Sequence record: LC494302.1
Reading direction: 5' to 3' (one strand)
DNA: 64,000 bases
Shown here piece by piece: positions 60,461 to 64,000 of the stretch (positions within the stretch are counted from its first letter, which is position 1; each line of letters opens with the position of its first letter). Position numbers and translations under genes: made by a program. Below the pieces are notes generated by a model. That model searched no databases, was not told where the DNA came from, and was given only the letters and a program-made list of their open reading frames with translations.

Positions 60461-61192
60461 ATGGATCTACGCAACGTACTACGTGACCTCGTAAACACAA
60501 CCAGTGGTATTGACTTCTCTTGTATTGCAGTAAGCAGTGAAGACCGTGGTGAAGGACAACGTGTATATCTAGAAGCGTACACAGATGACCGAACTCTTGT
60601 AATGCGAGCATATACTAAAGAAGATGTTCCTGAAGTTCAGGGTCGTTTTGGCTTAGGTAATCTAGGTCTTCTTCAGGGTCTAATGTCTCTAAAAACATAC
60701 AGTACCGAAGGAACCACAATCACATCAAATGTTAAAGATGGTTCAGTTAAAAGTCTGGCATTTAAATCTGAAGATGCAAGCACTACATTTATGGTACAAG
60801 CTGAAAAACTTATTCCAGTTCAACCACGTTTTCATGAACAACCATATGACGTACAGGTTATTCCTAGTGCAGCAAAAGTTCAGGAACTAAAGAGTTTTTC
60901 TGGTGTATTTAAATCTTTTAGTTCTCTTGTAACTCCGTATACTGAAGGCGACACCCTATACTTTCACGTTGGTGAGAAAAACAAAAGTAACCACGTTGGT
61001 TCTCTAGCTTTTTCTAAAACTGAAGGTGAATTAGGTCTTGGTTTTGGTTATAATATTGATCGCGTACTTCAAGCATTATCTCGCGTATCTAATGCCGAAT
61101 CAGTATCACTTGGTATTACTAAAACTGGTATGCTAAATGTAACACTAGATACTGGAATTGCAGTATACAAATTTTACGTAACAGGCTGCTAA
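60461..61192 (+). CDS. Putative DNA polymerase sliding clamp (gp45-like)
   Basis: 243 aa with two-domain alpha/beta pattern; FGLGNLGLL resembles gp45 FGIYDLNEFL; close to the polymerase gene. Confidence 0.65.
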   Translation: MDLRNVLRDLVNTTSGIDFSCIAVSSEDRGEGQRVYLEAYTDDRTLVMRAYTKEDVPEVQGRFGLGNLGLLQGLMSLKTYSTEGTTITSNVKDGSVKSLAFKSEDASTTFMVQAEKLIPVQPRFHEQPYDVQVIPSAAKVQELKSFSGVFKSFSSLVTPYTEGDTLYFHVGEKNKSNHVGSLAFSKTEGELGLGFGYNIDRVLQALSRVSNAESVSLGITKTGMLNVTLDTGIAVYKFYVTGC

Positions 61193-61200
61193 TATAAATA
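61193..61200 (+). promoter_or_regulatory. Late promoter TATAAATA (FmdB-GroES operon)
   Basis: Exact consensus immediately after the clamp stop. Confidence 0.75.
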
Positions 61201-61256
61201 ACGGGGAACACTATGTTCCCCAAATTAGTTTGATTTAAAAAGTAAAGGAATACAAA

Positions 61257-61463
61257 ATGCCATTATATACATATCGTTGTGAAAAAGAAGAATGCAAACA
61301 TAGCATGGAAAAAATTGTTAAAATTGCAAATCGTGATGAACCTCATGATTGTCCTAAATGTAATGGTGAAAAAACTATGAAGTTGGAAGTGTTCACTCCA
61401 GGTGATAAGGGTGCTAATCTTTATTTCCGTGGAAAATGGTTTGCAAATACTGGAGGTTACTGA
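61257..61463 (+). CDS. FmdB-family zinc-ribbon protein
   Basis: MPLYTYRC...C.H..E.......CPKC. Confidence 0.85.
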   Translation: MPLYTYRCEKEECKHSMEKIVKIANRDEPHDCPKCNGEKTMKLEVFTPGDKGANLYFRGKWFANTGGY

Positions 61464-61464
61464 T

Positions 61465-61764
61465 ATGAAAATTAAAATGATTAATGATTACGTTCTTGTT
61501 CGACAAATTGAAGCACAGAATAAAAGTACTGGTGGTATTATTCTAGGTAATGTTGAACCACCATGTATTGGGATGGTAATTTCCGTTGGTCCAGGTAAAA
61601 TTCTTCCGAACGGACAACTTGCAGAACATAATATTAAAGAAGGTGATATGGTTGTGTTTGGTCGTTCATCTTTGAACACACCACTGACTGAAGATCTTGG
61701 TGGCGGTGAAGATACATATTATGTAATGAAAATCGAAGAGATTTTTGGTAAGAAAAATGGCTAA
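61465..61764 (+). CDS. groES: GroES-like co-chaperonin
   Basis: DYVLV...STGGIIL...VISVGPGK...KEGDMVVF; GGAGG RBS before the ATG at 61465. Confidence 0.9.
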   Translation: MKIKMINDYVLVRQIEAQNKSTGGIILGNVEPPCIGMVISVGPGKILPNGQLAEHNIKEGDMVVFGRSSLNTPLTEDLGGGEDTYYVMKIEEIFGKKNG

Positions 61765-62482
61765 AAAGAAATTTATTCCATTTTGGATGGTCCCTGCTCA
61801 CTGGGGACTTTCTGGAAAGGCAAAAGAGATAGCTAAAGCATACTACTACAATGATGATTATGAAGCTGATATGAAAGTTGCTGAATTGACATATCTAACT
61901 CCATATGAAGTTGAAGTGGCCCAATTGGATATTAAAAAGAAATATAGCGTAATTGGAGATTTGGAATATCTAATTGCTGCACTTGATGTTGAACTAAAAT
62001 ATTCTAAAATTACTCGTGAACAGTATGATGTTAAAGTTCTTGATGCAAAACTAAGTATTGGAGTTATTACAGAAAAAGAATATGATATGGAAATCATTGA
62101 GTTAATGCCAGAAGGTGATGAAAAAAGGCTTAAGGCTATTGAATTTGCATATCGTTACGATGAAATCACACAAAGTGAATATTCTAAGGAAATATACACA
62201 CTTCGTAAAGAACCTTGGATTGATTTGGATGTTGTTCTTGATCCTGAAACTAATGAAGTTGAGTTTGTATTTGACTATAATGAATATTTCTGGAAAAAGT
62301 TGAAAGCTGAAGGTCATCCAGGAAATGATGAAGAAGAAATTATCGATAACTTTGTGAGAGACTTGGGGCGTAAACTTGCTACGGATGATTTCAGTGATGA
62401 TTACGACACAAAGCTGGTGAGTGCGAACGAAGGATTAGACAAGCTACCTGGTTTGCCTGAAGGATTTCGTTCATATAGATAA
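61757..62482 (+). CDS. Hypothetical acidic helical protein
   Basis: 241 aa with repeated I(T/G)..EY.....L/D helical motifs. Confidence 0.7.
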   Translation: MAKKKFIPFWMVPAHWGLSGKAKEIAKAYYYNDDYEADMKVAELTYLTPYEVEVAQLDIKKKYSVIGDLEYLIAALDVELKYSKITREQYDVKVLDAKLSIGVITEKEYDMEIIELMPEGDEKRLKAIEFAYRYDEITQSEYSKEIYTLRKEPWIDLDVVLDPETNEVEFVFDYNEYFWKKLKAEGHPGNDEEEIIDNFVRDLGRKLATDDFSDDYDTKLVSANEGLDKLPGLPEGFRSYR

Positions 62483-62487
62483 CATAT

Positions 62488-62521
62488 AAAAAAAGGAGAG
62501 CAAATGCTCTCCTTTTCTTTT
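62488..62521. terminator. Bidirectional intrinsic terminator
   Basis: aaaaggagagca-aa-tgctctccttttctttt. Confidence 0.88.
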
Positions 62522-62529
62522 GAAAAATA

Positions 62530-63219
62530 TTAAACCAATGCTGGGATGTATTGGAAAAGTTTAACACCGAAATCACCTGCTGCATCAGCAGATTGGGAAC
62601 GTAGGTAAACTTCGGTAACACCATCTTTAGCAAGTAGTGGAACACCAGTTAGATCATCAATTAGTAGACGGCCTTCTTCGGATTCAGTACTTGGTACACC
62701 TTGTGGTGATTTAAGATCTTTGTTAAAGACACCCGCACGTTCAACTAGGAAGGTAACAACAGAAGCATCAGCAATACTAACTGAACCTGCACTCAATACA
62801 CCATCAGGTGCGTTGGTGAAACCAGTAACTGGAAATACTTCAAGACCATTACCTGCGATGTTAGAGGTAGCGATGATAACCGCACGTTGTTGAACAACAT
62901 CGACAATACGTTTAACGTTAGTTTGTGCTGCATAAGATGCATTGTAATCAGCTTCTAGTGTGCCAAGAACAAATGCAGTTCCATCAATACGTTTGATACC
63001 TTTATCATTTAGATATGCTAGAATTTCTTCTGGAATATCAGTGTTTAGAAAACGTTGTAGACCAGCATAAGAAGAAACTGCACCAGTAACTAGAACGTTT
63101 ACGTCTCCTAGCTTACTGATAGCAATGGATGCTAGGGCGTTAGTGCCACAAAAGTAACCTAGAATACGTTCAAAGGAATAACCATTGATACGTTCAAAAG
63201 AAGTATTAGTATATGACAT
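62530..63219 (-). CDS. Late structural protein, paralog A (possible head decoration)
   Basis: Codon usage like the MCP; shares QQRAV and TF..ER..VFNK with its neighbour. Confidence 0.65.
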   Translation of the reverse strand: MSYTNTSFERINGYSFERILGYFCGTNALASIAISKLGDVNVLVTGAVSSYAGLQRFLNTDIPEEILAYLNDKGIKRIDGTAFVLGTLEADYNASYAAQTNVKRIVDVVQQRAVIIATSNIAGNGLEVFPVTGFTNAPDGVLSAGSVSIADASVVTFLVERAGVFNKDLKSPQGVPSTESEEGRLLIDDLTGVPLLAKDGVTEVYLRSQSADAAGDFGVKLFQYIPALV

Positions 63220-63233
63220 AATCTATCCTCCTA

Positions 63234-63833
63234 TTATAGTTGAACAGGAAGAGCAGCACGTACTTTAATTGCTACAGCAGTAGATGCACCTGCATCACCA
63301 ACACCATCAGTACCTTGACTTACGAAAGTTTTGGTACGGAAAACTTTAGCTTGAGCGATAGACTTAGCTAGGTCAACAGTTGGATCAACTGGAGCAGGAC
63401 ATGCTGAACCAGGACGAACTTCTTGCTTGTTAAATACGTCTTGACGTTCACAGATGAAAGTCAATGCAACAGAATTAGCACCACCTGCTACATCAGCACC
63501 ACTAGTGCCGAACGCAACTACGTTTGGATTAGCATTTTTGAAATCAGCAGGAATAACAACTTCTGAATCAAGAGCTAGTAGAGAGGTAGTAACTAGAACT
63601 GCACGTTGTTGTAGTAGTTGGGTAACCATGAATAGGTTATATTGAGCATTACTTAGAGCAGTTTGATACGCTTCAGCTTGAACATCAGAACCGTCAGAAG
63701 TAACTTTGGTAGTACCTAGTTCAACATCAGTTGGTAGATCGATTACGATGGTAACGAAACCGTTATTACCACCCCACCATTCGCGAGCAACGCTAGACAT
63801 ACCATAGTTACGGTTAAAAGAATTAAGACTCAT
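63234..63833 (-). CDS. Late structural protein, paralog B (possible head decoration)
   Basis: Late promoter GATAAATA at 63880-63887 (-); AAGGAG RBS; paralogous to 62530-63219. Confidence 0.65.
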   Translation of the reverse strand: MSLNSFNRNYGMSSVAREWWGGNNGFVTIVIDLPTDVELGTTKVTSDGSDVQAEAYQTALSNAQYNLFMVTQLLQQRAVLVTTSLLALDSEVVIPADFKNANPNVVAFGTSGADVAGGANSVALTFICERQDVFNKQEVRPGSACPAPVDPTVDLAKSIAQAKVFRTKTFVSQGTDGVGDAGASTAVAIKVRAALPVQL

Positions 63834-63957
63834 GAAAATCTCCTTGTCAAATTTTGTGCAGGTATATCCTGCTTAAAGTTATTTATCAAAAAATATCACT
63901 AGCATTTAAATTTACTGAGATATTTAATGAATTTCTATGATATTATTTATCAAATCT

Positions 63958-63985
63958 GGGAAAGTGATTCAAGATGTGCTATAAT
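63958..63985 (+). promoter_or_regulatory. Promoter GGGAAA-N16-TATAAT with extended -10 (gene beyond window)
   Basis: gggaaa gtgattcaagatgTGc TATAAT. Confidence 0.55.
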
Positions 63986-64000
63986 TATCAATGAAAATCA

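Noticed and set aside
1-64000. tRNA, rRNA, integrase, transposase or CRISPR features
   Set aside because: None seen; intergenic gaps other than 41984-42818 are short and explained by promoters and terminators.

Overview
AT-rich 64-kb segment of a T4-superfamily jumbo myovirus infecting Enterobacterales. Gene order and proteins resemble the RaK2/GAP32/PBECO4/121Q group (my inference from recalled families; no database search was run). Left to right: a >1,447-aa repetitive fibre gene running off the left edge (absent from the ORF track); spike and fibre genes including a WcaM-like depolymerase; NUDIX; tail terminator gp15 and neck gp14; an inverted clpA; the baseplate module (3.3-kaa wedge, gp6, gp25, lysozyme, gp5, hub, gp53, gp48/54); gp55 late sigma, gp47/gp46 and endonuclease VII; an ORF-free 830-bp gap; gp26; tape measure; the head module (portal, core proteins, protease, scaffold, MCP); a free-standing endonuclease; short fibre and chaperone; DsbA-like protein; family B DNA polymerase; clamp; FmdB-GroES; and two paralogous late proteins. 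T4-type late promoters (NATAAATA), a recurring RGACA-N16-TATAAT promoter class and many intrinsic terminators are visible. No tRNA, rRNA, CRISPR array, integrase or IS element was found. The best novelty candidate is the gap at 41984-42818. It holds a promoter-driven, about 500-nt, densely base-paired element with a candidate pseudoknot, followed by an AT-rich tract carrying hairpins of ssDNA type (tandem G.A mismatches, GNA triloops). It could be a large ncRNA, an RNA-primed replication origin, or both. AGTACT is also roughly 5-fold enriched by hand count. Several start codons were moved from the ORF track using Shine-Dalgarno evidence.
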